This document shows positions 10,755 to 20,964 of a stretch of DNA of 64,000 nucleotides, piece after piece. How positions within the stretch are numbered: position 1 is the stretch's first letter; the number at the start of each line of letters is the position of its first letter. A model generated the notes under the pieces. It searched no databases and was not told where the DNA came from. It worked only from the letters and a program-made list of their open reading frames with translations. The DNA lies in the IMG/VR virus record IMGVR_UViG_3300035701_007101; one strand, given 5' to 3'. The stretch comes from a virus. Taxonomy: Duplodnaviria > Heunggongvirae > Uroviricota > Caudoviricetes. The position numbers and the translations under genes were made by a program.

Positions 10755-12230
10755 ATGCTATCATTAGAAGTTGGTAATGTTAATATTAAACTAATTGGCA
10801 ATATAGACAATTTAACAATTCAAAAATTGTTTGAAGTTATGACATATAAAACCATTGAATTCAATGGTTTTAATTTTATTGAATTACAACACAATTTATT
10901 CAACAAATTAAAACAATCATTTCCGACTGGGCTTTTTTCGAAGGCTGCGGACATATTAGAAGAATTAGATGTAAAATATGATATCGTTGATAAAAGACAA
11001 CATTTCAAAATAAATCAACCTCTTAAATTGCATGATCCAAAAGATCCTCAAAAAAATGCACAACTCAGAGATTACCAAAAAGAAATTGCTAAACTAGCAG
11101 TTGAAGCTCAAAGATTTGTAATTCAAGTTGCTACTGGTGGTGGAAAAACAGTTATTGCTGCTGCTATACTTGCTGAATTAAACGTGCCTTCAATATTTGT
11201 AGTACACACTGGTGATTTATTTGAACAAGCACATGAAGAATTGAGTAAAATGTTAAATATACCAATTGGCAAAATTGGTGGAGGTGAATGTGACATACAA
11301 AAGATTAATGTATGCATGATCCAAACAATTCATTCAGTTTTAAATAAAAAGTATATACCCTTTGATGAAGATGAAAAAGAATTAATGGAACATGATGAAA
11401 TCGTAAAAAAGAGTTTCATTAAAAATGATAAAATTAAAAAATTTATTCAATCAGTCTCGTGCATACTAGTAGATGAAGTTCATCATCTTTCTTCTCGTAC
11501 TTACATTGAAACAATGAAAACATGCACATCTGCATTTTGGCGAGGAGGAATGTCAGCAACACCACACTCAGGTCAGGAAAAAGATATGATTTTGCAAGCT
11601 TATGCTGGTAAAATAATTTGTAGAATAACTGCTTCATATTTAATAAAGAGACATTTTTTAGTAAAACCAAAAATTTATTATTTGTTAGGAACAAAAAGCG
11701 GCAAATACAAATTTAGTAGAAAAAGATATAATGCTATCTATAAAGAATTCATAATCAACAATACATATAGAAATGAATTAATTTCAGATTGTGTAAGTAG
11801 ATTAAAATCACTAAATAAGTCTGTGTTAATAACTGTTACAACTAAAAATCATGGTCAAAAATTACTGAAAATTATTCAGGGTCTTGAAAATACATCAGTT
11901 CAATTCATTTGTAGTCATGTTAATAAAATGGTAAGAAAAGAATATTTGAATCAGATTAGAAATAAAGAATTAGATGTTATAATAGCAACACAACTTGCAG
12001 ATGAAGGTCTTGACTTGCCTGCACTTGATTCATTAATATTAGCTGGTGCAGGCAAGTCACCAACAAGAATGATTCAAAGAATAGGTAGAGTATTACGAAT
12101 ATATCCCGGTAAAGAAGATGCAATAGTTATTGATTTTAAAGATAGTGCAAGATATTTAGCAGGTCATTATAAGAAAAGACGCGAAATGTGCGAAAAAGAA
12201 TCAGAGTTCGAGATTATCGAGAATTTATAA
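10755..12230 (+). CDS. Superfamily-2 DNA/RNA helicase (DEAH/DExH; UvsW / type III res-like)
   Basis: Motif I 'QVATGGGKT', motif II 'VDEVHH', motif III 'SATP', motif VI 'QRIGRVLR'. Confidence 0.7.
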   Translation: MLSLEVGNVNIKLIGNIDNLTIQKLFEVMTYKTIEFNGFNFIELQHNLFNKLKQSFPTGLFSKAADILEELDVKYDIVDKRQHFKINQPLKLHDPKDPQKNAQLRDYQKEIAKLAVEAQRFVIQVATGGGKTVIAAAILAELNVPSIFVVHTGDLFEQAHEELSKMLNIPIGKIGGGECDIQKINVCMIQTIHSVLNKKYIPFDEDEKELMEHDEIVKKSFIKNDKIKKFIQSVSCILVDEVHHLSSRTYIETMKTCTSAFWRGGMSATPHSGQEKDMILQAYAGKIICRITASYLIKRHFLVKPKIYYLLGTKSGKYKFSRKRYNAIYKEFIINNTYRNELISDCVSRLKSLNKSVLITVTTKNHGQKLLKIIQGLENTSVQFICSHVNKMVRKEYLNQIRNKELDVIIATQLADEGLDLPALDSLILAGAGKSPTRMIQRIGRVLRIYPGKEDAIVIDFKDSARYLAGHYKKRREMCEKESEFEIIENL

Positions 12231-12287
12231 TTGCGACATAAATATATGTCAAAAATAGTAGGAACTATTTGAATTAAAGGAAAAATA

Positions 12288-12494
12288 ATGAAGCATTTAT
12301 CTGCAATTCAGACCGAATTTTTAAAAGAAGCTCGAAAGTGGAATGATTTGTCGATTGAGCAACAAAGAACTTATTTAAAGAAGCATCCAAAAAGTAAGAA
12401 AAAAATTAATGCAAAAGATTTTATGAAAGATTTTTCTCATGATGAACAAGTTATGTATTTAGGGCGACATCCAAGACTTAAAAAACATATTTAA
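12288..12494 (+). CDS. Small hypothetical protein, copy 2 of the 'HPKS' family
   Basis: 'RKWNDLSIEQQRTYLKKHPKSKKK' and 'GRHPRLKKH' parallel ORF 2161..2601. RBS AAAGGAAAAATAATG. Confidence 0.45.
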   Translation: MKHLSAIQTEFLKEARKWNDLSIEQQRTYLKKHPKSKKKINAKDFMKDFSHDEQVMYLGRHPRLKKHI

Positions 12495-12516
12495 TGTTGT
12501 AACATACATATTTGTA

Positions 12517-12545
12517 AAAAGGCTCATTTTTAAGAGCTTTTTTTA
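12517..12545 (+). terminator. Putative terminator hairpin
   Basis: AAGGCTC-atttttaa-GAGCTTT stem (one G-T pair) followed by a T run. Confidence 0.35.
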
Positions 12546-12582
12546 TGTAAAGTTGACGAGAATTTTTAGCTAAAATTATATT

Positions 12583-13524
12583 ATGACATATTTTACAATT
12601 GAACAAATTATTATTGAAAAATACATAAATGAATTAAGTGGCGATGCTTTTAAGACGTTGCTTAAAATAATTTATATTGCTAGAAGCAATAATGATGATA
12701 TTAATGTGCGCAATACTAAAATGCTTCAACGAATACTTGGTGTTAATTCAATTGATTCAACTAGTGTATTAAATGAATTAGTTAATTATGACGTTTTAAT
12801 TAAAAGAGAAAAACAAAATAAAATAACATATATCTTAAATAATAAAAAAATTCGTCAAGACAATCAGATATATTCAGAGAATAATGTGTTAAGACCGGCA
12901 AAAATAACTATATTTAGTGTGCAAGAGTCAAAAGTATTAAATGAAGTAGTTGATGAAATATCTGATGAAGTTATTAAGAAAAAAATGCGGCAAGTATTAG
13001 CAAGCGCTGATACTATTTTAATTGATAATTTGCTAAAGACAATTAGATTAATACAAAAGTATAATATTGAAAAAGAGCGAAGATTTTCATTTGCAATGCT
13101 TGCAAAATTTTTAGTAGATATATCTGTGTTTAATGTGCACCTTATAATGGATGTTTGTCAAAGGTATAATAATAATCCATCCATTGCTGGTTTACGAGGT
13201 TCTAGATATGTTTTGAGGATGGCTGAGGGTATTTCAAAAGAAGATCCAAGTTATGGAATAGATGAAAATTTTACTGTCGAAAATGAAAGACGACGACAAG
13301 AAGGTGAGATAAAATTTGCTCTAAAAGTAGTAAGAGGATTAGATATTGATGAAAGTGCAATTTATTTAAAATTAAAAAGAAACAATGTCGATGAATTAAA
13401 TAGATTGTGGCAGATCGGCGCTGACATATTAAGATTGCAACAAAAAGAAGATGAAATTTACTATGCATACAATTGGTTGAAACTTAAAGAAGTAAATAAT
13501 GAATCAAAAAAACAAATTTCTTGA
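12583..13524 (+). CDS. Hypothetical protein
   Basis: 313-aa ORF in the replication module, no motif recognised. Confidence 0.45.
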   Translation: MTYFTIEQIIIEKYINELSGDAFKTLLKIIYIARSNNDDINVRNTKMLQRILGVNSIDSTSVLNELVNYDVLIKREKQNKITYILNNKKIRQDNQIYSENNVLRPAKITIFSVQESKVLNEVVDEISDEVIKKKMRQVLASADTILIDNLLKTIRLIQKYNIEKERRFSFAMLAKFLVDISVFNVHLIMDVCQRYNNNPSIAGLRGSRYVLRMAEGISKEDPSYGIDENFTVENERRRQEGEIKFALKVVRGLDIDESAIYLKLKRNNVDELNRLWQIGADILRLQQKEDEIYYAYNWLKLKEVNNESKKQIS

Positions 13525-14227
13525 ACATTATTTTAGAATGTACGAGATGACAGAATATGATGGTACTCGATATCTTCTAAAAGATGAACAAAATGAAACT
13601 AAACGACACATGATTTTAGCAAATATTCCGGCTAATTATTATTCATATTCATTTACTGATGTTACTAATATTTGGAGTGATGATGTTTCAAATGATGAAG
13701 CCATACATGACTATACATTGTATTATGATAACCTTGAAGCTGCTAAAACTAATGGTACTGGATTATTTTTCTCTGGTGCTCATGGTTTGGTTAAGACTAC
13801 AGCAGCTGTTGTTGTATTAAAGAAAGCAATTTTACAAAAATTTACTGTGTATTTTATTTCAATGTCTGATTTAGTTGATTTTGTTACATCAGGATGGAAA
13901 GACTATAACTTAAAATTGAAATATCAATATATTGTCATGAATGTTGATTTTTTAGTAATTGATGATATTGGTCGAGATTACAAAATACAATCAAGTCAAT
14001 CAACTCAATTTTTAGACAAATTATTTGTTAGTAGATGCAATCAAAAGAAATCTACAATATTAACTTCTATGCACGACATAACATCTACATCAACTATCTT
14101 CACTGATTCATTAGTTACATTATTAAAGTCAAATTTAATTGAAATTAAATTGGTAGGCTCTGACATACGAGAGACTAAATCAAAATCTCTTATTGGTCAG
14201 TTAAAAATTGGTAAAAAAGGTGTCTAA
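13499..14227 (+). CDS. AAA+ helicase-loader-like protein (DnaC/IstB-like, degenerate P-loop)
   Basis: 'GLFFSGAHGLVKTTAAVVVL' (P-loop-like) and 'FLVIDDIGRD' (Walker B as in DnaC 'LLVLDDLG'). Sits directly upstream of a DnaB-like helicase with overlap. Confidence 0.4.
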   Translation: MNQKNKFLEHYFRMYEMTEYDGTRYLLKDEQNETKRHMILANIPANYYSYSFTDVTNIWSDDVSNDEAIHDYTLYYDNLEAAKTNGTGLFFSGAHGLVKTTAAVVVLKKAILQKFTVYFISMSDLVDFVTSGWKDYNLKLKYQYIVMNVDFLVIDDIGRDYKIQSSQSTQFLDKLFVSRCNQKKSTILTSMHDITSTSTIFTDSLVTLLKSNLIEIKLVGSDIRETKSKSLIGQLKIGKKGV

Positions 14228-15653
14228 AATGTTTGCGTCTATAAAAGGCGAAAATAAATTACTAAAGAGTCTAATTAGTCATGATACTATTGACCAGCAA
14301 ATTGCTATTAAAAATATTGAAAAGGTAATTAATAGTAATATATCACCTGAACATTTTACAACTGATTTTAGAGCATGGTTATTTTCTTCAATAATCTCAC
14401 ATTACTATTCATATTCTGCTGCTTTAACAATTGATCTTACTCATCAAAAAATAGTCAAAACATATAAAAAAGAACAGTCAATAAATGATGCAAACGCTTT
14501 ACTTGAAAAAGTTATTAATAGACTGTTTGATCAATTAGAACTAGAACCAACAATTGATGAATTAAAAAATTTACATCAATTAAGAAAAGTATTTGATGTA
14601 ACTCAAAGTCTATTGACAGACTTAAAAGCAATTAAAGAAGGCACTAAGGACGTAAATGCAACACCGTTAATTACTAAACTAGATAGTGCAATTGAACAGT
14701 TAAATAGTCAAAGCACTATGGAAAGAATAATTGAAGAAGACGCATTTCAAGACATTAATGGTGATATTGCATCAATACAAGACAGACACGATAATCCTGA
14801 AAAATATAAAGGTATAGATACTGGAATTGGGCCGTTAACATTAGCTACTGGTGGTTGGCAAGGCGGAGATCTTGTAACAGTAATTGGGCGAACAGGACAC
14901 GGCAAATCTATAGTTCTTTTAAATTTTGGATATTCTGCGTGGATTACTGGAGAAGATATTTTATATGCGACTATTGAAATGCCAATAGGTCAACAAAAAA
15001 GAAGATTACATTCTAGAATGACAGGTGTGCCTTATTTTAGAATGAAAAATGCAGATAAGTTGACTAATGAAGAATTGATTTATATTGAAAAAAAGATTAA
15101 GGACATTAAAAGTAAACATGACAATTCATTTGTAATATTGGATGCTCCTTCAGCTTGTAATGCTAATTTTATAAAAAAGAGAATTTATAATTATGAAAAA
15201 AGCACTGGCAAAAAAATTAAGCTTGTTATAGTTGATCCGATTTATTTAATGCAACCTAACGAACATAATGAAATGTCAAAAAAAGATCCTGTTGGAGCTA
15301 TTTCATGGGACCTTAAATTATTAGCTAGAGAATTAGATGTGCCTGTATTAACTGCAAATCAAATTAGTAGAGAAGGCAATAAAAGACATTTACAGGGTAG
15401 AGAGATAGATACCATGGATTCATCTAGTTCTGATAGATTAGGTCAAAATTCAGATATTATGTTAGGCATAATCTCTGATGATTTACAATGGTTAAAAATG
15501 ACTATTGTAAAATATAGAGATGGTAAAGGTCCAACATTATTTTTACGAAGAAAATTTGACGTAATGAAGGTAGAATATGATGTAGAATACAATCAGCATG
15601 ATGAAATAATCTCTCAAATTATGGGAACCAATAAAGAGGAAGAAAATGAGTGA
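14208..15653 (+). CDS. DnaB-family replicative helicase
   Basis: 'GGWQGGDLVTVIGRTGHGKSIVLLNFGYSAW' (Walker A), 'KLVIVDPIYLM' (Walker B), 'ELDVPVLTANQISREG' (DnaB H4 motif). Confidence 0.75.
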   Translation: MVKKVSKMFASIKGENKLLKSLISHDTIDQQIAIKNIEKVINSNISPEHFTTDFRAWLFSSIISHYYSYSAALTIDLTHQKIVKTYKKEQSINDANALLEKVINRLFDQLELEPTIDELKNLHQLRKVFDVTQSLLTDLKAIKEGTKDVNATPLITKLDSAIEQLNSQSTMERIIEEDAFQDINGDIASIQDRHDNPEKYKGIDTGIGPLTLATGGWQGGDLVTVIGRTGHGKSIVLLNFGYSAWITGEDILYATIEMPIGQQKRRLHSRMTGVPYFRMKNADKLTNEELIYIEKKIKDIKSKHDNSFVILDAPSACNANFIKKRIYNYEKSTGKKIKLVIVDPIYLMQPNEHNEMSKKDPVGAISWDLKLLARELDVPVLTANQISREGNKRHLQGREIDTMDSSSSDRLGQNSDIMLGIISDDLQWLKMTIVKYRDGKGPTLFLRRKFDVMKVEYDVEYNQHDEIISQIMGTNKEEENE

Positions 15654-15816
15654 ACAATACAAAAAGCAGTTGTTTGATAAAGATCTAGTATTTAAAATAA
15701 CAGCTGCAGCTATTACACTGTATGTATTAGAAGATAATGATGAAGTAAACGAGAAAAAGATTTCAAGTTTTGTTATTAAAAACTTTTCACAAATAGTTGA
15801 ATCAGTTACAAGCTAG
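15646..15816 (+). CDS. Small ORF (56 aa) ending in TAG immediately followed by TAA
   Basis: ATG overlaps the DnaB stop (ATGAGTGA). Not in the supplied ORF track because it is under 60 aa. Confidence 0.25.
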   Translation: MSEQYKKQLFDKDLVFKITAAAITLYVLEDNDEVNEKKISSFVIKNFSQIVESVTS

Positions 15817-15818
15817 TA

Positions 15819-16472
15819 ATGTCTACAAGTGTTATTGAAGAGTTGTATTATAAATTATACAATGCTGTGCTTCTTGGAAATATTAATGATTCAAGAATAT
15901 ATTTGGATTTGCTTAGAGATGAGTATGCTACGTGTGAAAAAGATTTTGAAATATTAAATGATGGCAGATTTGATCATTTACAACAATTAAGTATTGCAGT
16001 TGAACAAGGTCTAACTATAAAAAATTTCAATTATAAAGATGACTATGTTGATACTACTAATAAAGATGATGACCAGTTTATCACAGAAAAAGAATTAGTC
16101 GTTAGAATTTGCAAAGGTAATGAATTAAAAAAACTACTCAAGGCGTCTGACAACTTTTATATCTATAATATGGAGCATCCTACAAGATATGGCAAAATAG
16201 ATATTGTTGCTCAAGATAATTTAACAACTTATATTATTGAAACGAAAAAAAGTCATGCACATTATTCGGTCATTAGTCAGATTGATAAATATTTATTAGA
16301 TGTTAAATTGAAATTGAATTTAAAACATTACACTAAAGTTATTGGCATTGTAATAGCAAATGGCTATATTGGTAACGTGACTCAGGAATTAGTAAAACTT
16401 GGAGTGATACCAGTTAAATATATGATAATGAATGATGATTTAAAACTTAGTCTAATGATCAAGGAGATGTAA
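15819..16472 (+). CDS. Putative PD-(D/E)xK-fold nuclease-like protein
   Basis: 'GKIDIVAQD...TYIIETKK' fits the D...(D/E)xK arrangement. Weak. Confidence 0.35.
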   Translation: MSTSVIEELYYKLYNAVLLGNINDSRIYLDLLRDEYATCEKDFEILNDGRFDHLQQLSIAVEQGLTIKNFNYKDDYVDTTNKDDDQFITEKELVVRICKGNELKKLLKASDNFYIYNMEHPTRYGKIDIVAQDNLTTYIIETKKSHAHYSVISQIDKYLLDVKLKLNLKHYTKVIGIVIANGYIGNVTQELVKLGVIPVKYMIMNDDLKLSLMIKEM

Positions 16473-17770
16473 TGGAAATTAAATTAAAAAGACTAGCAAC
16501 ACCACATAAACTAAAATTTGTCGAAGATGCAGAAAGTGTAAAAAAACTTATTGATGAATGTTATGAAAAAGTAAAACCACAAATTATTGTAAATGGTTTT
16601 CGTAAAGGTAATGTACCTCGAGATGTAGCTGAAAAACAACCACATTTTGATAAATACAGAGTATATCAAACAATATTTGACATTTTATATAAAAAAGCAG
16701 TTGAACAACAAGGTCTTAAAATTGTTGATGCTAGTAATTTTGAAGTTATGGGTGCGTTTGAATATGGTGAATCATTGTCAATGCAAGCAACAGTTTATTT
16801 AAAGCCAACTGTGATAAAGTTTAATATTGATGATGTTAAAGTTTCAAGAGCTGATACAGTCATAACTCAGCAAATGGTTGACGATCAAATTAATGTATTG
16901 CAAAATACAAAAGCAATATTTACAAATGTTATTGATGTTGATTACAAGGCTAAAAAAGGTGATGTTCTTATAATTGACTTTGCAGGTAAATGTGAAGGAA
17001 AAGCATTTGCTGGAGGAACAGCTAATAATTTTAGGTATGTCATTGGTGAAACAAGATTTATTGAAGGCTTTGAAGAACAAATACTCAATATTAAACTGAA
17101 TGAGACAAATGTTGTTAAAGTGACATTTCCCGAAACATATCATGAAAAATCATTAAAAGGTAAGGCAGCTGAGTTTACAGTAACAGTACGAAAAATTGAC
17201 TCTAAAACTGTTAGATCAATTGAAGAAATGGCTGCTGCTGAGAATAAGTCTATTGAAGAATATAGAAAGTTTGTTTTTGATAAATTGGTTGAAGATTATA
17301 AGAAAATTGATGATGAACGATATGAGGCAGATGTTTTATCTCAGTGTGTTCTTATTGCTGAGATTCAACCAATACCAGATTCAATGGTAGAATATGAATT
17401 AGCAAATGAATGGAATCAATTGTTATATAGAATGAGTATGTCTGAAGAAGAATTTTTGAAAAAGAATAAGAGTGGTAAAGATGTATTTTATGCGCAAAAA
17501 AGATTGAGAGTCGAAAAAGCTCTTGAAATTAAGATGTTTTTAGATCATATTTGTGAAAAGTATAATATTACTGCGTCAGAAGAAGAAGTGCAGAAATTAT
17601 TTGACGACAGATTTACAAAGCTTAATAAAACTGAAGAAGAGAAAACTGAAATTAAAAATAATCTTAAGAAAAAACAAAATTATTCTGCAGGTGAAATGGC
17701 AGTTAAGCACGAAAAAGCAACGAAATTGTTAGTTAAATCAGTAAAAAATATTGACGATTATGCAAGCTGA
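16472..17770 (+). CDS. tig: Trigger factor-like ribosome-associated chaperone / PPIase
   Basis: N-terminal 'NGFRKGNVPRDVAEKQ' matches the trigger-factor ribosome-binding signature (GFRKGKVP). Central FKBP-type domain 'DFAGKCEGKAFAGGTANNFRYVIGETRFIEGFEEQILNIKLNETNVVKVTFPETYHEKSLKGKAAEFTVTV' matches the TF PPIase core. Length 432 aa as in bacterial Tig. Confidence 0.7.
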   Translation: MEIKLKRLATPHKLKFVEDAESVKKLIDECYEKVKPQIIVNGFRKGNVPRDVAEKQPHFDKYRVYQTIFDILYKKAVEQQGLKIVDASNFEVMGAFEYGESLSMQATVYLKPTVIKFNIDDVKVSRADTVITQQMVDDQINVLQNTKAIFTNVIDVDYKAKKGDVLIIDFAGKCEGKAFAGGTANNFRYVIGETRFIEGFEEQILNIKLNETNVVKVTFPETYHEKSLKGKAAEFTVTVRKIDSKTVRSIEEMAAAENKSIEEYRKFVFDKLVEDYKKIDDERYEADVLSQCVLIAEIQPIPDSMVEYELANEWNQLLYRMSMSEEEFLKKNKSGKDVFYAQKRLRVEKALEIKMFLDHICEKYNITASEEEVQKLFDDRFTKLNKTEEEKTEIKNNLKKKQNYSAGEMAVKHEKATKLLVKSVKNIDDYAS

Positions 17771-17801
17771 GTTGTGACGCTTGTTATGAAAAAATAAAAT
17801 A

Positions 17802-18137
17802 ATGCGTATATTGGTGCTTGATGATGATCAAATAAGATTGAGTAAATTTAAACACAAATATTTAAATGATGATGTAGATTGTGTTGAAACTTCAAAAGAC
17901 GCCATTAATAAACTTGACACTGAAAATTATGATTGCCTTTTTTTAGATCATGATCTCGGTGGTGAAGTTTATGTTGATTCAGGCGAAAACACTGGTTATG
18001 AAGTAGCTAAATGGCTTGCTGATAATCCTCAAAAACAACCAAAAATTATTTTCATACATAGTTTAAATCCTATTGGATCTGAAAACATGAAACAGTTGTT
18101 ACCCAGAGCTGTAAAAAAGACATTTGCATGGATATAA
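17802..18137 (+). CDS. Stand-alone response-regulator receiver (CheY-like REC) domain protein
   Basis: 'MRILVLDDD' acidic pocket, phospho-acceptor-like 'CLFLDHDLGGE', conserved Lys near the C-terminus. 111 aa with no output domain. Confidence 0.55.
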   Translation: MRILVLDDDQIRLSKFKHKYLNDDVDCVETSKDAINKLDTENYDCLFLDHDLGGEVYVDSGENTGYEVAKWLADNPQKQPKIIFIHSLNPIGSENMKQLLPRAVKKTFAWI

Positions 18138-18924
18138 AATGAAAAAACTTGATTTTAATCTATCTGCTTCTACAATAAATTATTTTTTTACATGTCCATG
18201 GGCATTTAAACAAGATAAAATTCTAAAAAGAGAAAAAATAAAACTATCAAATACAATTTTAGTTGTTGCACAAGCTTTTCATAAAATGCTTGCAGAGTTC
18301 TATGATCAAAAGAAATTTAGAACTTATGATTTATTCAAAAATTGGGATAAGTGTTTTGATGTAGAAACTAAAGTGCAAAAAGCTCAAAATTTGCAAGGGT
18401 TATCTTATGCAAAAATGTCAGGTTATACTCTTATAAAAAATTGGGTTGCAATGGCCAAAGAAAATGATTGGCTACATGAAGCAATTGGTGCTGAATTAGA
18501 ATTCATGCAACCATATAAGAATGATAGATTTGAAATTAATTTTCACGGTTTTATGGATTTAGTTATTGAAGTCAATAATAAGATATATGTGCTAGATTGG
18601 AAAACAGGAAAACATAATAAAGAAAAATATAGATTGCAAGCTTTGACTTATAGTTGGGCTCTTTGTAAACAATTCAATATGGTAGATGAATGCATAAGAT
18701 TCATTCATCCTTCTAAGAAAATGAATACGATTATTGATGTATATGTTAAGGATGAAGATTATTTAATAGTCAAAGATAAAGTTGAAACAATTTTCAACGC
18801 TATTGAAAAAGATGATTTTAAGAAAAACGCAGATAAAAGTCATTGTAAGTATTGTAATTGGACTGAATGTGAACATAATGTCAATGATAACTTAAAAGAG
18901 TATATAAAAAATAATGAAGATTAG
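18124..18924 (+). CDS. Cas4/RecB-family PD-(D/E)xK nuclease with C-terminal Cys cluster
   Basis: 'MDLVIEVNNKIYVLDWKTGK' (D..ExK). Cys at the N-terminus (CPWAF) plus 'CKYCNWTEC' suggest a 4Cys Fe-S cluster as in Cas4/AddB. Overlaps the REC gene by 14 nt. Confidence 0.6.
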   Translation: MHGYKMKKLDFNLSASTINYFFTCPWAFKQDKILKREKIKLSNTILVVAQAFHKMLAEFYDQKKFRTYDLFKNWDKCFDVETKVQKAQNLQGLSYAKMSGYTLIKNWVAMAKENDWLHEAIGAELEFMQPYKNDRFEINFHGFMDLVIEVNNKIYVLDWKTGKHNKEKYRLQALTYSWALCKQFNMVDECIRFIHPSKKMNTIIDVYVKDEDYLIVKDKVETIFNAIEKDDFKKNADKSHCKYCNWTECEHNVNDNLKEYIKNNED

Positions 18925-18976
18925 TATTCTATGTTGTTTGAATTGATTATTATTAAAATAAAATCAATAAAATAGG

Positions 18977-20950
18977 ATGAAAATTATGAAAGTTACTGAA
19001 AAGTCAAAGAATCAAGAGATTGGTCGATTAGAAGGCGATATACGGTTGCATAGGTATTTGTATTATAATAAAGAACCTCGAATATCTGATCAAGCTTATG
19101 ATGCTTTAGTTGAACGTCTAAGGCAATTAGCACCAAATAGCGAAGTACTCAAAGAAGTTGGTGCACCGGCAGATGAACATTCTGGATGGCAAAAAGCTAC
19201 GCATTCTATGATAATGGCATCGTTAGCAAATGCTATGACAATTGATGATTATAATAAATGGGTTCATACTACAAATGTCATTGGGAAAGTTTTAGTTTTA
19301 GAAGATAAACTTGATGGTTCATCAATTGAGTTGAATTATGAAAACGGTGAATTAACACAAGCAATTACTCGTGGTGATAGCAGAATCGGTGAAGATATTA
19401 CTCTCAACGTTAAAAAAATGAAATTTGTTCAATCCACTTTAAAGGAAAAAATTACCGTCAGCTTACGCGGTGAAATAATGTTGTTTAACGAAGAGTTTGA
19501 AGAAATCAATACATTAGTGGAAAAACCTTTTGCAAATCCAAGAAATGCAGCAAATGGCATAGCAAAACGATTTGATGGGAAATTTTGTGATAAGTTATGC
19601 ATTGTACTGTATGATATGATTTCGCCTAATGTTACATTTTCGTATGAAACTGAAAAATTAGATTACATGGCTAAAGCTCTTGATTTAGTAACTATTAATT
19701 ATAAATTAGTTACTCCTCAAGAAGTCGTTAAAGTTCGAGAGCAATATACAAAAACTGATAGAGCAAATTTACCATATAATATTGATGGCCTTGTTATTAA
19801 AATAAACAGTATTCAACGACAAAAAGACCTTGGCCGTCATCCCAATGGTGATCCTAAAGGTCATGTTGCTTTCAAATTTGATGCAAGAGGCGTTGCTACT
19901 ACTATTTTAGATTGCATTGCTGAAGTTGGTAGGACAGGAGTAATTACACCAAATGCTGTTTTAGATCCTATTAATATTGATGGATCGATTGTAAAAGCTG
20001 CAACATTACACAATTATGATGAAATTGCTCGATTAGGTGTCGGTATTGGTGATACAGTTGTCGTAGTAAAATCGGGGGAGATAATTCCCAAAGTGATCGA
20101 AGTTATTAAACATGTAGGTAATAAGATTTTACCACCTACGCAATGTCCTGCTTGTGGAGGACCAGTTGTTAAAGATGGTGACGGTGCTCATCTTTATTGT
20201 GACAATGATAATTGTGTTGGTAAGGAATTCAGAAAATTACGTCATTTTACAGATGTTTTAAAGAAACGAATGAGTTTGACTGATATTGGTCATAGTACCG
20301 TTGAGCAATTATTTGAAAAAGGTTTTATAAAGGATCCTGCTGATTTTTATACATTAACAATGACAAAAATTGCAAGTTTAGATAGATCGGGCGAAAAGTC
20401 TGCTAAGAAAATAGTTGATGGTTTTGAACGTTGTAAAGAAATGGACGTTGTTACTTTTTTAATGGGACTTGCAATACCTACATTAGGTGAAACTATGGCT
20501 GAAACTATTACTGATGAATATGATTTATTTGCATTAATGGAAGAAGTTACAGAAACAGATTTGTCAAAAATATCTGGTATTGGTCTTTCTCGTGCTCATG
20601 ACATTCTTGAAGGATTATCTCAACGTAAAGAGTTGATTGAAAAATTGATGCAAGTTGGTGTTAAAATTAAGAAATCTGGTGATGTGAAACTTGAGTCAAC
20701 TAAATTACAAGATAAGTCATTTCAAGTAACAGGACCAATTACGAAAATAAATCCAAAAACAAATAAATCATATAAACGCGAAGAATGGTATGATTTTGTA
20801 AAAGCTAATGGCGGAGAGATTAAACGAGTGAACAAGGAATTAATGTACCTTATAGCTAATAGGTCAAGTGGAAATAAGCTATCCAAGGCCTCTAGTATGG
20901 GGATTAAAGTAATATCTGAGGATGACTTTTGGAAAATGATTGACGATTAA
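18977..20950 (+). CDS. ligA: NAD+-dependent DNA ligase
   Basis: Adenylation motif 'EDKLDGSSIEL' (KxDG), Zn-finger 'CPACGGPV...C..C', HhH region, C-terminal BRCT-like domain. 657 aa. Confidence 0.85.
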   Translation: MKIMKVTEKSKNQEIGRLEGDIRLHRYLYYNKEPRISDQAYDALVERLRQLAPNSEVLKEVGAPADEHSGWQKATHSMIMASLANAMTIDDYNKWVHTTNVIGKVLVLEDKLDGSSIELNYENGELTQAITRGDSRIGEDITLNVKKMKFVQSTLKEKITVSLRGEIMLFNEEFEEINTLVEKPFANPRNAANGIAKRFDGKFCDKLCIVLYDMISPNVTFSYETEKLDYMAKALDLVTINYKLVTPQEVVKVREQYTKTDRANLPYNIDGLVIKINSIQRQKDLGRHPNGDPKGHVAFKFDARGVATTILDCIAEVGRTGVITPNAVLDPINIDGSIVKAATLHNYDEIARLGVGIGDTVVVVKSGEIIPKVIEVIKHVGNKILPPTQCPACGGPVVKDGDGAHLYCDNDNCVGKEFRKLRHFTDVLKKRMSLTDIGHSTVEQLFEKGFIKDPADFYTLTMTKIASLDRSGEKSAKKIVDGFERCKEMDVVTFLMGLAIPTLGETMAETITDEYDLFALMEEVTETDLSKISGIGLSRAHDILEGLSQRKELIEKLMQVGVKIKKSGDVKLESTKLQDKSFQVTGPITKINPKTNKSYKREEWYDFVKANGGEIKRVNKELMYLIANRSSGNKLSKASSMGIKVISEDDFWKMIDD

Positions 20951-20964
20951 AATGAGGAGTTTTT

